Source of the DNA: a virus
Direction: 5' to 3' (one strand)
Length of the DNA stretch: 64,000 bases
IMG/VR virus record: IMGVR_UViG_3300046499_000422
Coordinates: 4,060 to 68,059 of that record
Under the pieces are notes generated by a model. That model saw nothing but the letters and a program-made list of their open reading frames with translations. It was not told the origin of the DNA and ran no database searches. This document shows, piece by piece, positions 54,018 through 64,000 of this stretch (positions are counted from its first letter, which is position 1; every line of letters starts with the position of its first letter). The translations under genes were made by a program, and so were the position numbers.

Positions 54018-54050
54018 GACGGCCCGCCCCGGGCTTAGGGGCGGGCCGTC
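54018..54050. terminator. Intrinsic terminator-like hairpin after the regulator
   Basis: gacggcccgcccc...ggggcgggccgtc, followed by ctgttcttctt. Confidence 0.75.
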
Positions 54051-54148
54051 CTGTTCTTCTTCGCCAACCAGCGTACGCCCCGCCTTGTCGGTCACGGACG
54101 GGTTACACCCGATGCGCCCGACCCGTCCGGTACACCACACTCCGGGGC

Positions 54149-54370
54149 ATGTCTGACACCCGCACACCCCGCCTGTCCCGCCGCGCCAAGTACATGATCG
54201 CCATCGTCGCGCTCATCATCTGGACCGCCCTGGCCAACACTTGGACGTCCCGGGGCTGTGACCTGGTCCCGTCGTACGGGTACGTGGTTGGGCACTGGAC
54301 GCCGGCCGCGAACCAGGGCTGTGAGTCGGAGCCGGGCGGGGCGCAGTACACGGACCACTACGACGGCTGA
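54149..54370 (+). CDS. Small membrane-anchored or exported protein
   Basis: Basic N-terminus, TM YMIAIVALIIWTALA, two Cys in the predicted outside part. Confidence 0.65.
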   Translation: MSDTRTPRLSRRAKYMIAIVALIIWTALANTWTSRGCDLVPSYGYVVGHWTPAANQGCESEPGGAQYTDHYDG

Positions 54371-54654
54371 GCGGCGGGCGGACAGTGCGGGATGGCTCCC
54401 TGCGCGCTTTCGTTCCACACGGTGCGGCCGAGCGGGCCGCGCGCGCTGACGTGGTAGTCGCCATACTCGCCGTGCCCGCGCCGGTGCCAAGCGCGGAGCA
54501 CGCAGGCGAGGGTGCCGTCCGTGTGCTCATTGTCGAGGGTCGCGGTGCAGGGCGAGATGTCGGCGTGGGCGGTAGCGATGTGGTCGTCGGTCTGATCGGG
54601 CGACTGGGGCTGGTCGCAGTGGGGGCACACCTCGGAAGGGAAGTTGTCAGGCAC
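54358..54654 (-). CDS. Zn-finger hypothetical protein
   Basis: CPHC...HIATAH; GAGGAG RBS. Confidence 0.6.
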   Translation of the reverse strand: MPDNFPSEVCPHCDQPQSPDQTDDHIATAHADISPCTATLDNEHTDGTLACVLRAWHRRGHGEYGDYHVSARGPLGRTVWNESAQGAIPHCPPAAQPS

Positions 54655-54775
54655 GGGGCTGCTCCTCAATCCATGCAGCGTGAACGAGCGCCAGCCGCCC
54701 GCTGGGAAGCCGGTCCCACCAGTACGGCCGACCGAACAGCCAGACGACGCGGAGCGCGTCGGGATCACGGATCAC
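54647..54775 (-). CDS. 42-aa peptide
   Basis: VIRDPDALRVVWLFGRPYWWDRLP...; GTGA coupling. Confidence 0.5.
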   Translation of the reverse strand: MIRDPDALRVVWLFGRPYWWDRLPSGRLALVHAAWIEEQPRA

Positions 54776-54987
54776 GGCCGCTCCCCGTCGAGCGCACGGA
54801 TCGTCGGGCACGGGAACGGGACGCTGGACTCGTGAGTGCACTCGGCGCAGGACCCGCACCCGTACTCGTCCCGGTGCAGAGCACGGACGCGCTTGATCCG
54901 CGCGCTCGCGGCGGCGTGCATCTCGGCGAGCTGGACCTCGTCGAAGGCGACGAGCAGGGCCTGCGCGGCGGTGGTGATGTCTGCCAT
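54772..54987 (-). CDS. Hypothetical protein
   Basis: RVRALH...CAEC...PCPTIRALD, a common actinophage micro-domain pattern. Confidence 0.75.
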   Translation of the reverse strand: MADITTAAQALLVAFDEVQLAEMHAAASARIKRVRALHRDEYGCGSCAECTHESSVPFPCPTIRALDGERP

Positions 54988-54990
54988 CGG

Positions 54991-56268
54991 TCAGGCCCCC
55001 TTCGCGGTGGTGGCGCCGTCGCCCCAGTCGTCGATGTCCTCCGCCGGGTCCTGGCCGGTCGGCCGGTCGAGGGCGGCGAGCAGCTCGGTGGGGTCGATGA
55101 GACCGAGGCGCCCACCGAGGTCGCGGATGGCGGCGAGGGTGGCCTCGGCGGTCTCGGCGCGCTGCTGCCACCCGTGCCGTTCGGCAGCCATCTCCTGCCG
55201 CTGGGCGAGGAAACGGCGGGCAGTCTCGTCCAACTGGTCGCGGTGGGCTTCGATCTCGGCAGCCTTGGCCTTCCAGGTGGCGCGTCCGGCGGTGAGCTGC
55301 TCCATGTGGCGGTCCCGGACGGCCATCACCGCGTCGGCATCAGCTTCCGCGTCGGCACGCCATCGGTACTCGCAGTCGGCCCACTGGCGGCCGGGGTTCT
55401 GGCGTTCCCAGATCGCCGCCGCGTACTGCTCGCGCAGCCCGTCGTCGCTGGCGGTTGTACCGGGTTCTGTTGGCTCCGACGCGCGTTCGACTGCGGCCCG
55501 GTCGGCGGCGAGCTGCCTGCCGCACCTCGCGCCCTTCAGCCACGTCCGCACGTCAGCGGTCGTGATGGGCAGCTGCTTGCGGTCGGTGAGGTCGCACCAC
55601 TCGGCGACGTAGTCGAGGGCGTCCTGTGCGAGGTACAGCTCGCGGGCGAGGCGGTCGACTTCGGCGCGGGCCTCGTCGGCGGTGAGCAGCATGTCGTCGC
55701 AGGCCGGGGACGGTTCCCGGCGCCGGGAACCGTCCGTCCCGATCGCGTCGAGCACCGCTTCCGCGTCGGCCGCCCGGACGTTGAGCGGCAGCCACTGGCC
55801 GTTGCGGCGGAGGACGGGGCCGATGGCGTTGAACGCCAGCGCGCGCCAGCCAGCGCCGGTGGCCGCCGACGTTTCGGGGCGCTCCGAAGCGTGGGGCGGC
55901 GCGGGGTGTCCGGGGCAGAGCCCATCCCTGTCGGGGCGTTCGGGCCACAGGTGGTAGCCGTGCCGGTCGGTACGCGGGCACGTACTCACGGGCAGCGGGT
56001 CTGCCCCGTCGTGCAGCTGGTGCTCGGTGGCCGGGTGCCCGCACGTCTCGCCGAAGCGGCTGGTGTTGCACGCCTCGCGGGGTCCGGTGTGGGTGTGGTC
56101 GGTGACGCGGGTGAGGGGTCCGGGTGCGCCGTCGGCGGGCGGCACCTCCGCCAGACCGAGGGCGTACAGCACCCCCGAAGCGGCGTGGTCGATGAGCGGG
56201 CCGGCGTTGATGGTGACGGCGTCGGCGATGGCGGCGCGGATCCGGTCGGCGGTGGGCTGGTCGGTCAC
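54991..56268 (-). CDS. Mosaic hypothetical phage protein
   Basis: 425 aa; coupled start; high GC3. Confidence 0.7.
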   Translation of the reverse strand: MTDQPTADRIRAAIADAVTINAGPLIDHAASGVLYALGLAEVPPADGAPGPLTRVTDHTHTGPREACNTSRFGETCGHPATEHQLHDGADPLPVSTCPRTDRHGYHLWPERPDRDGLCPGHPAPPHASERPETSAATGAGWRALAFNAIGPVLRRNGQWLPLNVRAADAEAVLDAIGTDGSRRREPSPACDDMLLTADEARAEVDRLARELYLAQDALDYVAEWCDLTDRKQLPITTADVRTWLKGARCGRQLAADRAAVERASEPTEPGTTASDDGLREQYAAAIWERQNPGRQWADCEYRWRADAEADADAVMAVRDRHMEQLTAGRATWKAKAAEIEAHRDQLDETARRFLAQRQEMAAERHGWQQRAETAEATLAAIRDLGGRLGLIDPTELLAALDRPTGQDPAEDIDDWGDGATTAKGA

Positions 56269-56567
56269 GGGGTCGGCTCCTCGGCGTCGATGATGGGCGG
56301 CTCGTTGTCGACGAGGATCCACAGCGGCCCGTAGCTGCCCGGTTCGTGGCGCGCAGGCTTCTCGTCGAGGGCGTAGAACGCGCCGGTCTGGCCGTGCCAG
56401 CCGATCTGCCGCCACGTCTGCTGGGCGTCGAGGGTGTGGGTGCGCATCTCGGCGCCGGTGAGTTCGGACGCGCGGCGGTACGGACGGGTGTCGGTCGGCG
56501 GCGCGGTCGGTCGGAATCCGGCACCGTCGCCGCGTCGGATGTGTCGGTCTCGGGGCTGCTGGGTCAC
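56265..56567 (-). CDS. Hypothetical protein
   Basis: 100 aa; GAAAG RBS. Confidence 0.7.
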   Translation of the reverse strand: MTQQPRDRHIRRGDGAGFRPTAPPTDTRPYRRASELTGAEMRTHTLDAQQTWRQIGWHGQTGAFYALDEKPARHEPGSYGPLWILVDNEPPIIDAEEPTP

Positions 56568-56626
56568 GTTGGTGTCTTTCGGTTGGGCCCGGCCGGGGCG
56601 ACCGGCCGGGCAACAGGCAGGGGCGG

Positions 56627-57028
56627 TCAGACGTGGCGGAACGTGATCTCAGCCAGCTCGGCACGGGCCTCAGCGATCGACGTGCGGCCGTTCGCGAGGT
56701 CGCCGATCAGCACGGCCGCCTGGTACTCGCCCTCGTCGGTGGCGTCCGTGAGGCGGCTGGCGATCTCGGAGATCAGCTCGAACACCGCGCTGTCGGCGTC
56801 GGCCTGCTGCTCCTCGGTGAGGTGCACGCCGTTGTTGGCGAACGCCTGGACGATGGCGGGGTCATTGACGAACCGCTCCAGGGATTCGTCTTCGGTGTCC
56901 CAGTCGCCGTCCTGGAGGCCGTTGATGAGGTCGCCGAGGACGCGGGTCTTGGTCTCGTTGTCGGCTCCGGCGTCGATGAGGGCGCGGGCTACGGGGTCGA
57001 AGATGCTGTTGGCGCTGCTCCAGCCCAT
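56627..57028 (-). CDS. Hypothetical acidic protein
   Basis: MGWSSANSIF...DGDWDTEDES; AAGGA RBS. Confidence 0.8.
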   Translation of the reverse strand: MGWSSANSIFDPVARALIDAGADNETKTRVLGDLINGLQDGDWDTEDESLERFVNDPAIVQAFANNGVHLTEEQQADADSAVFELISEIASRLTDATDEGEYQAAVLIGDLANGRTSIAEARAELAEITFRHV

Positions 57029-57065
57029 GGCGGGGTCCTTTCGGGTGGTGGGTGGTGGGTGGTGG

Positions 57066-57230
57066 TCAGGTCTGGTCGCGGCAGGTGCAGGTACCGGGTC
57101 CGAACACGGGGTCGTCCCGGTGGGCGCACAGCGCGGGCGGGGTCCAGTGGCCGGCGGCGGCGCTGTGGTGCCACATCGGGTTGTCGGGCCACGGGCGGGG
57201 CGGGATCACGGGCGCGGTGGGGGCGGTCAC
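57066..57230 (-). CDS. Small hypothetical protein
   Basis: GTGA coupling to the MazG-like gene. Confidence 0.5.
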   Translation of the reverse strand: MTAPTAPVIPPRPWPDNPMWHHSAAAGHWTPPALCAHRDDPVFGPGTCTCRDQT

Positions 57231-57565
57231 TGCTGCTCGCCTCCGACGCGCCGGTCGAGGTCGTAGACCCAAGCCGCGATCACGGCGGCGGCCTGGATCA
57301 GCTCGGCGCGGAGCTTGGCCGGGTCGGACTCGGCGAAGGCTTCGGCGACTTCCTCGCGCAGGATGTGCAGCCAGTCGAGGTACCCGCCTTCGGCCGCCGA
57401 CTGGCAGGCCATGCGTGCCACGTCGGCGTCGATGGTCTCGGGGTACTGGCCGGTGCCGTTGGGGTGGTGCTGGTCGCCCCATTTGGCGAGTTGGGCCTGG
57501 CGTTCGTCGTCGATGTCCTCGGCGAAGGCGGCGAGGCCGGGGGTGGTGAAGAGGGTGGGGTACAT
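57227..57565 (-). CDS. MazG-like all-alpha NTP pyrophosphohydrolase
   Basis: ERQAQLAKWG...ILREEVAEA...LRAELIQAAAV EExxE/ELxQ pattern. Confidence 0.7.
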   Translation of the reverse strand: MYPTLFTTPGLAAFAEDIDDERQAQLAKWGDQHHPNGTGQYPETIDADVARMACQSAAEGGYLDWLHILREEVAEAFAESDPAKLRAELIQAAAVIAAWVYDLDRRVGGEQQ

Positions 57566-57966
57566 GTCGTGTCCGTTCTGGGTGGGTTCGGGCAGTAGTT
57601 GGTGCACCTGGTTCGGGTCGCGTGGGCCTCGCTGGCCCCGTCCGGGGTCAGCAGCGGCTCCCCGGCGGCCTCTACGGGCTTCGGTGGACCCTTGGGAGCT
57701 TCGTGGGTCTGCGCGGGGCGTAGACGGGCGCTCAGCCGCTCCGGCACGTGGATCTCACCCGGCCGCAGCAAACCCACCCGCAGAGCCACCGCCACCGCAT
57801 GCGCCCTATCGCCGACACCCAGCGCCCGGTAGACGAGTCGCAGAGAGCTGTTCACCGTGTCCGGCGCGATCCGCAACCGGGCTGCGATCTGGGCGGCGGT
57901 GTTGCCGTTGGCCACAAGGCGCAAGATCTCCAGCTGCCGAGGCGTCAGCAGCGCCTGACCGCTCAC
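57298..57966 (-). CDS. LuxR-type HTH regulator (full copy)
   Basis: Same as 1-486; the frame stays open far into the MazG-like gene. Confidence 0.75.
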   Translation of the reverse strand: MSGQALLTPRQLEILRLVANGNTAAQIAARLRIAPDTVNSSLRLVYRALGVGDRAHAVAVALRVGLLRPGEIHVPERLSARLRPAQTHEAPKGPPKPVEAAGEPLLTPDGASEAHATRTRCTNYCPNPPRTDTTCTPPSSPPPASPPSPRTSTTNARPNSPNGATSTTPTAPASTPRPSTPTWHAWPASRRPKAGTSTGCTSCARKSPKPSPSPTRPSSAPS

Positions 57967-60770
57967 CGCTGCGCCTCCCGCGTCCGGGCCGCCACGTCGT
58001 CGGTCGTCGCGAGCACACACCGCGACGGCACGGCGACCAGCCAGCCCGTCCCCGGCATGTCGCAGGCGACGGCCGCCGGATGCCGGTCGACGTACACCAG
58101 GCCGCGCCGCACGGTGGCCATGTGCTCGTCGCAGAGCAGGGAGAAGTCGGCTTTGGGCGTCAGCCACCAAGCGACGTGCCAGGTGGCGGCCCTCCCGCAG
58201 GGTGCGGCGTCGTGGGTGGGCCGGGACCCGCATCGGGGGTCGCCGCGCCGTGGGGTCGGCGTGAGGTCGGGGAAGGCACTCACCGCTGCTCACCTCGTCG
58301 CTGCGCCCAGTCGGGATCGAACGCGGGCGCGGGACCACGGGGTGGCGGCGGGTCGTTGCGGTGCCGCCAGGCGCGGACCGTGGCCCGGGGGCGGAGCAGC
58401 AGCATGCGGGCGATCTCCGCCGCGTACACGGGCTGCGCGAGCCACCAGCGCCAGTCGCGGCGGGTGACGCGCGGTGTCCGGTACATGAGCCGGTGGGCCC
58501 AGTCCGAGGCGCGGTGAGCGGGACGCCAGCGGCCGATGAGGTATCCAGCGAGGATGCCGCCGAGTGCGACCACGATCGCGGTCACCGCTGCGCCCCGCTG
58601 CCCAGCGCGGCCCGCTCGGCCTGGTGCTTGGCGCTGTCGACCGGGCACACGACGCGGTCGTCCGCCGTCATCAGCCAGCCATCGCGGAGCAGCTCCGCAC
58701 GGGCCTGCCCCAGGTTGGCGAAGTGCACGTCGCCCCCGCCGTACTGGTCCCTGAACGGGTAGCGGCAGACGTCGCAGGCGACCGTGACGCAGTCGTGGCG
58801 GCGGACGCTCATCGCCGCGCCCCCTCGACGACGGGCCACGCCTGGCGGCAGCCGTTGCTGCGGCAGCGAATGTGCTCGGGCACGTCCTCCGGGATCCACG
58901 TCAGTCCGTCGTCCAGGACGCTGCGCCCGCAGCGCGACACCGTGCCCTCGCGGATCTTGCGGCCAGCCATGTGGACGGCCTTGTGGGAATGGACGTCGGG
59001 CCGGGAGTACCAGGACGCGTCACGGCCGGCGGCCCACGGCTCCTCGGCCGGCGTCTCGGTGCTCATCGCTGCACCCCCTCAGCGGCCTCAGGCTGCTGTT
59101 CGGCCTCGATCGCGTAGGTCGCCGTCTGCCGGACCAGGCGCTGCGCCCGCGCTCCGGGCCGGGTGATCGCCGACTCGTAGCGGCTGGCGGCGTCCTCGCG
59201 CTGCTCCCAGGCGGGGCCGTCGGGTCGCCACTCGCCTCGCCAGTGGAACTCGATCTGCCACTCGGTGCGCGGCGGGTGGGCCACGGCCTCGGGCTGGGGT
59301 GCCTCGTCGGCCAGGCGGCGCAGCTCGGCACGGGCGGCGGCCAGACGCCTGGCGGGGCTCAGCAGTTCATGGCCCGGCACGTACCGCTGGCAGGCGCGCT
59401 CATGCAGCCCCTGCGAACGGGCGCAGGTGCACGGGAACTTGGCCCGCACCTGCGTGAGTACGTCGTGCAGGGCGAGTGCCCGGGTGTCGTCCGGCTCAGC
59501 GGCCAGCATCTGCTGGACCTCGTCGGCGGCCCAGCGGAGCACCGAGGCCCGGTCCACGGGCACGGCGGCAGGCAGCGCGGCCACCGTCTCCGAGATCCAC
59601 TTCACCCAGTCCCGGATCCGCTCCGCACCCTGGGCGCCCGCCAGTTCGGCGTCCTGAAGGCTGAGGAGCATGGTGGGGCCGATGGCTGCGGCAATGGCTG
59701 CGGCGCGGTCGGCGGGTGCAGGCGGCACGACGGCCGGTGTTCCATAGTGGGTGGTTTTGTTGGTTTCTGACATCAGGTCACTCCGGTCTGTCCCGGTATC
59801 GCCGGGTTGGCGTGCCGGTCGGGTTGGCGGGTTTCGTCGTCTGGATGGGCGGAAGTCAGGCGGCAGGCACGGCCCGGAGGTGTCGGGCGGGTTTCTCGTC
59901 GAGTGCGGCTTCGAGGACTCGGCGGTGTTCGGCGGCTTCGAGGGCGGTGGTCTCGCGTCTCGGCCGGGCGGGGTGCTGCTCGGGGGCGGGTTCGGGGTCG
60001 CGGTGGTGTGGTCCGCCGAACTGGCCGGTGGGGATGGTCTCGGCGAGGAGCCGTTCGAGCGGGGTCACGGGGTGGCTCGCTTGGAGGCGTCGTGCATGAT
60101 CTGGGCGCTGTCCGGGTGGGCGTGCACGGCGGCGACGATCGCGTCGTGCCAGTGCTGGTGTCCGGCCTGGTGGCGGCGCAGGGTGGCGAGTTCCTGGCGG
60201 GCGGCGTCGAGCTGGCGGGCGGTGGACGGGCAGTCGCATTCGTCGGTGTCGGGGTTGTTGATGCGGGTCATGCAGCCGGGGATGAGGTGGCGGGTGCCGT
60301 CGGCGTCCTGGTGCCAGTAGCAGGGCAGCGGCGGGCAGCGGTGCGGCTGGTCCTCGGGCGGGAGGCCCTGCTCGGCGCGGAGGCGGTCGGCTTTCTCGGC
60401 GAGGGTCTCGACGCTGTAGGCGTGGTCGTGGGCGGTCGGCCGAGTAGGGCTCATGACGCCTGCCTCTCGATGGCGGGCCGGGTTTCGCGCTGTTCGGCGG
60501 CCTGGAGGAGGTCGAGGAGGGCGGGTCGTACGGGGCTGGTGTTGATGGCGCCGGAGGCGAGTAGGGCCGGCGGGATGAAGCCGGTCCAGTTCTCGGGGGT
60601 GGCGAACTTCATGGGCGGTTCGGTGAGCTTGGCGGCGAGGTCGGGGTGGGCCAGGACGGTGGCGCGGCGGCGGGTGTTGCGGGTGGCGGCGGCGCGGGTC
60701 TGGTCCTTGATGAAGGCGGTGAGGTCGTTCTGCTGGCGGAGCGCGCGGATGTCGTCTTCGCTGATGTCGG

Positions 60771-61469
60771 TCATGCGGCGGCCTGGCGGCGGCGGTCGTC
60801 GCCGGTGATGACGACGCGGTCGCACATTTCGATGAGGCGGGATGCGACGCGGTCTCCGACGCGGTCGGCGAGCTGTTTGGGCAGCACGTTGGAGGTCATG
60901 AGGGTGGGGAGCTGGTTCTCGTAGCGGTGGTTCACCAAGCGGAAGTTGATCTCTTCGGTCCACTCGCTGGTTTTGGCGGCGCCGAGGTCGTCGACGAGGA
61001 GCAGCGGGGCGTGGGCGTACTTGCGGAACTCGGTCTCGGAGTCGATGCCGGCGCGGGGGCGGAGGGCGGCGTACATGTCGGCGCTGGAGGTGGCGGTCCA
61101 GCGGAGGCTGATGCCGGTGGGGGCGAGGTGCCGCAGCGCGCCGTACGCCTGGTAGGTCTTCCCGACGCCGGTCGGCCCGAGGAGGAGGAGGGAGCGGCCG
61201 GTGGTGATGGCGGGGACGATGCGGCGGCCAGAGTGGGCGCGGGTGGTGGCGATGAGGTTGTCGGCCCAGTGCTGGACGTCGGGGTGGTCGGCGTTGGCTC
61301 GCTGGTAGATGAACGGGATGTCGTGGTTGGCGTGGTCGATTTCGCGGCGGGCGGTGGCGGGGCGGTCGTAGGGGTCGCCGGTGATGTCGTTGATCGCGTC
61401 GGGGGTGAGCTGGTGGGCGGTGAGGATGGCCTGCCAGTTGGTGAGGTCGACGGGGGTGAGGTGGTCCAT
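60771..61469 (-). CDS. DnaC/IstB-like ATPase (second copy)
   Basis: Same sequence as 3291-3989. Confidence 0.9.
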   Translation of the reverse strand: MDHLTPVDLTNWQAILTAHQLTPDAINDITGDPYDRPATARREIDHANHDIPFIYQRANADHPDVQHWADNLIATTRAHSGRRIVPAITTGRSLLLLGPTGVGKTYQAYGALRHLAPTGISLRWTATSSADMYAALRPRAGIDSETEFRKYAHAPLLLVDDLGAAKTSEWTEEINFRLVNHRYENQLPTLMTSNVLPKQLADRVGDRVASRLIEMCDRVVITGDDRRRQAAA

Positions 61470-61477
61470 GGGTGCTC

Positions 61478-62344
61478 CTACAGGCTTTCGAAGTAGGCGG
61501 ACTGGTCGGTGGGGTTGGTCCACGGCTGGTAGTTGCCGCTGGCCACGGCCTTGAGCTGTGGCGCCGACCCGGCGGGGACTTCAGGCAGGCCGCCCCAGCC
61601 CGGAAGGAAGTAGCGGGCGGAGTAGGGCGGGTTCTTCGAGCTGCGCCAGACGCGCTCGGCGTGATCGACGAGGACGGGCACGCTGCGGGTGGCGACGAGG
61701 CCGGCGAGCTTCTTCCAGTCGGCTGCCTGGAGCTGCCAGCTGATGCGCATGCCGCGCAGGGTCATCTCGTCGATGAGCGGCTGGACGATCTTGAGTGCAT
61801 CGACCTCTCCCGCTGCCGGCTGATCAACGGCGCGGGGGGGATGTGGTTGAACATCTACATCGTGGTTTAGCTGGTCTTGGTAGTGGGGTCCGGTTTCCGG
61901 ACCCCTAGGGGTCTCGTTTTCGGACCCCTGGGGTCCGGTTTCCGGACCCCTAGCGTTTTCGCTACCGGTCCGGTTTCCGGACCCCTGCGCGGCGCTAGGG
62001 GTCTCGTTTCCGTACCCCTGCGATACGGCTAGAGGTCCGGTTTTCGGACCCCTAGAGCCACGCTCCGGGCGGACATAACCGACGGCGCCGGGCACCCGGT
62101 AGAGCGCCGAGCGGGTGCCGCGCGCCTCCTCCAGGAGCTCCAGCTCGCCGGACTTCACGAGTGCATCGACGGACTTGATCACCGAGGAGCGCGCGGCGTT
62201 GCTGAAGTGCGTCAGCTCGGCCGTGCTTGCCCGGACCGTGCAGTCCGGCCCCGTGATCCAGTTGGCGACGGCCAGCATGATGTGTCGGCCGGTCCCCTTG
62301 GACTGGGAGTGGTTCCACACCCAGTACATAGCGTCGATGCTCAC
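61478..62344 (-). CDS. Replication initiator (second copy)
   Basis: Same sequence as 3998-4864. Confidence 0.8.
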   Translation of the reverse strand: MSIDAMYWVWNHSQSKGTGRHIMLAVANWITGPDCTVRASTAELTHFSNAARSSVIKSVDALVKSGELELLEEARGTRSALYRVPGAVGYVRPERGSRGPKTGPLAVSQGYGNETPSAAQGSGNRTGSENARGPETGPQGSENETPRGPETGPHYQDQLNHDVDVQPHPPRAVDQPAAGEVDALKIVQPLIDEMTLRGMRISWQLQAADWKKLAGLVATRSVPVLVDHAERVWRSSKNPPYSARYFLPGWGGLPEVPAGSAPQLKAVASGNYQPWTNPTDQSAYFESL

Positions 62345-64000
62345 GTGCTCTTCTCTCGCCGTCGTTGCTGGTCATCGCCTGTTTTCTGGCATGGCTCATG
62401 GCGGCTTCATCCGGGCGCGACTTGTGCGCCGGGCGTGCTTCAATCCTACCCCGGGGTGACCGGTCACCTGCCAGTCAAATGAAAGTCGATTACCGGTCAG
62501 GGGGTGAACGGTCACAGGGCGGTCAGCTACATTGGCTGTATGACCACGAAGGGAACTACCGGCCGCGTCGTACGCATCGAGGACGACGTGTGGGCTGACT
62601 TCGAACAGGTCTGTAAGGAGAAGGGGCTCGCTCGAGCCACGGACATCCGCATGTACGTCGTTCGCGAGGTCACCGCGTGGCGCCGACAGCAGGCTGCTGA
62701 CCGTCGCGCCGCCCGCAACATCGCCGAGTCCTGACTTCATCGCCGCACCGCCCCCGCCGGGCAGACGTGGCAGATGACGTGCTCTCTGCCGCACACCGCG
62801 CCGGCCGGGCACCGCCACCGCAGGTCGACCACCCCGCCGTGCAGCCGGGCCACGCACCACAGCAACCGCCACGGGCCGGGTGTCCGTACATCCCCCGCGA
62901 CGTACGGCGTCACCTCCGCCATGACCGTGAGCGCCGCACGGTGGCCCACCGTCTGCCGGTAGCAGGGCAGCCCGCACCGGGCGCAGGCCGTAACGACCGC
63001 GCCCGGAACGGACTTGACGGGCCTGCTCAACGGCCAGCCCGGGGACTGACGCGTGCGCCGCCGCGGGGCCGCAGCTGGACGCGGGCCTGGATCAGCAGTG
63101 ACCGCATCGCCCCGTACGACATGTGATGCCGGGCCATGAGGCCACGGATGGAGTCGCCGGCGCGGTATTTGGCGGCGGCCTGCTTCTGGAGCCGGATGCG
63201 GGCGTCGCCGACGATGTGGGTGCGGGTCATCAGATGGCCTTCCAGGTGACGGTGCCCTGCTCGACGTGGCCGTGGGCGCGGCTGGTGCCGGTCTTCTCGC
63301 CGGTCTCGTCGTCCACGTCGGCGAGGTAGTTGGTCCAGAACGAGACGCGGGCGCGGGCGGCGCCGATGGCCCCGTACGGGCCCTCGTGGGTGGTGCGGGT
63401 CTTGCCGTCTCGGTCCGTCTTGGTGATGACGGCGCGGAACACGGTGGCGTCGGCCGCCATGCCGATCGAGCGGGCCATCAGGCACCTGCCTGCGGGCGGA
63501 GCCGGAGGATCGCGGCGATGGTGAGGTTGAGGTCGCGCAGGAGGCTGCTGCGGGTCTCGGGCGGCATGTCGGGGCTGTAGGCGACGTGGATGCGCATGCG
63601 GGGCCCGGCGGGGTCCTGAATGTCGAGGTGTTCGGCGAACGGCTCCAGGCCGTCGGCGCCGAGCTGGACGGCCCACGTGCTGGTGTCGGCGGCCTTGCTG
63701 AGCAGGTCGTCGATGGCCCGCTGGGCGTCACCGAACGCGTCGCCGTCAAGGTCGTCCAGGTCGTGCCAGCAGGCGCGGGGCTCACCGGCGCGGCTCGGGA
63801 TGACGGTGCCGGTCATCTGCTCGCCGATGCCCACGAAGTCGGCGTCCTCGGTGGTGTTCTTCAGCTGGCGGGCGGCTTCGTGGCGGAGGTCGGCGTCGGT
63901 GTACGGGAGGTCAGTCACGGTGTTCTCCTTGGGGTTGGGTGCCGCGCCGGATTCCGCCCGGCGCGGCGCTCGCGTCAGACGGGGCGGTCGCCGAGGGGAA

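Larger units (their letters stand above)
1..57480. mobile_element. Complete temperate actinophage (siphovirus-like) genome, one unit length, carrying attP
   Basis: Terminase, portal, protease, capsid, tail, tape measure, lysis, integrase, repressor and replication modules are all present. The sequence restarts at 57481. No host housekeeping genes. Confidence 0.95.
57481..64000 (+). repeat. Direct repeat of positions 1-6520 (second copy of the genome start)
   Basis: 57481 begins atttggcgagttgggcctgg like position 1, and the ORF track repeats with offset 57,480. Confidence 0.98.

Noticed and set aside
48511-54050. Independent AICE or plasmid inserted into the phage
   Set aside because: No separate Rep, integrase/excisionase or flanking att duplication was seen around the module, so it is treated as part of the phage. 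A decayed insertion cannot be fully excluded.

Overview
The window holds a complete temperate siphovirus-type phage genome of 57,480 bp from a high-GC actinomycete, most likely Streptomyces. Positions 57481-64000 repeat 1-6520 with no difference I could see (circular wrap, concatemer or terminal redundancy). Nearly all genes are on the minus strand. The modules are: early/replication genes (HTH initiator with six 22-bp iterons, DnaC/IstB-like loader, RecE/RecT-like pair, RusA, C5 DNA methyltransferase, two WhiB, three HNH-family genes); a divergent repressor/Cro-like switch; a tyrosine integrase with an attP that is the 3' half of tRNA-Arg(UCU); an accessory regulator island; lysis genes (holin, GH25 endolysin, papain-like C1 protease); and tail, head and packaging genes. 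The main finding is an apparently intact Streptomyces plasmid/AICE-type conjugation module inside this virion-encoding genome (48.5-54 kb). It has a TraB/FtsK-like translocase with a C-terminal winged helix, a clt-like short-repeat array directly downstream, Spd-like membrane genes and a divergent Kor-like regulator with a palindromic operator. This suggests a phage that can also move by hyphal DNA transfer. A second notable feature is an HNH gene that appears to have inserted into the 5' end of rusA, taking the original start and supplying a recoded one. All family assignments come from motif recognition by eye; no database search was run.
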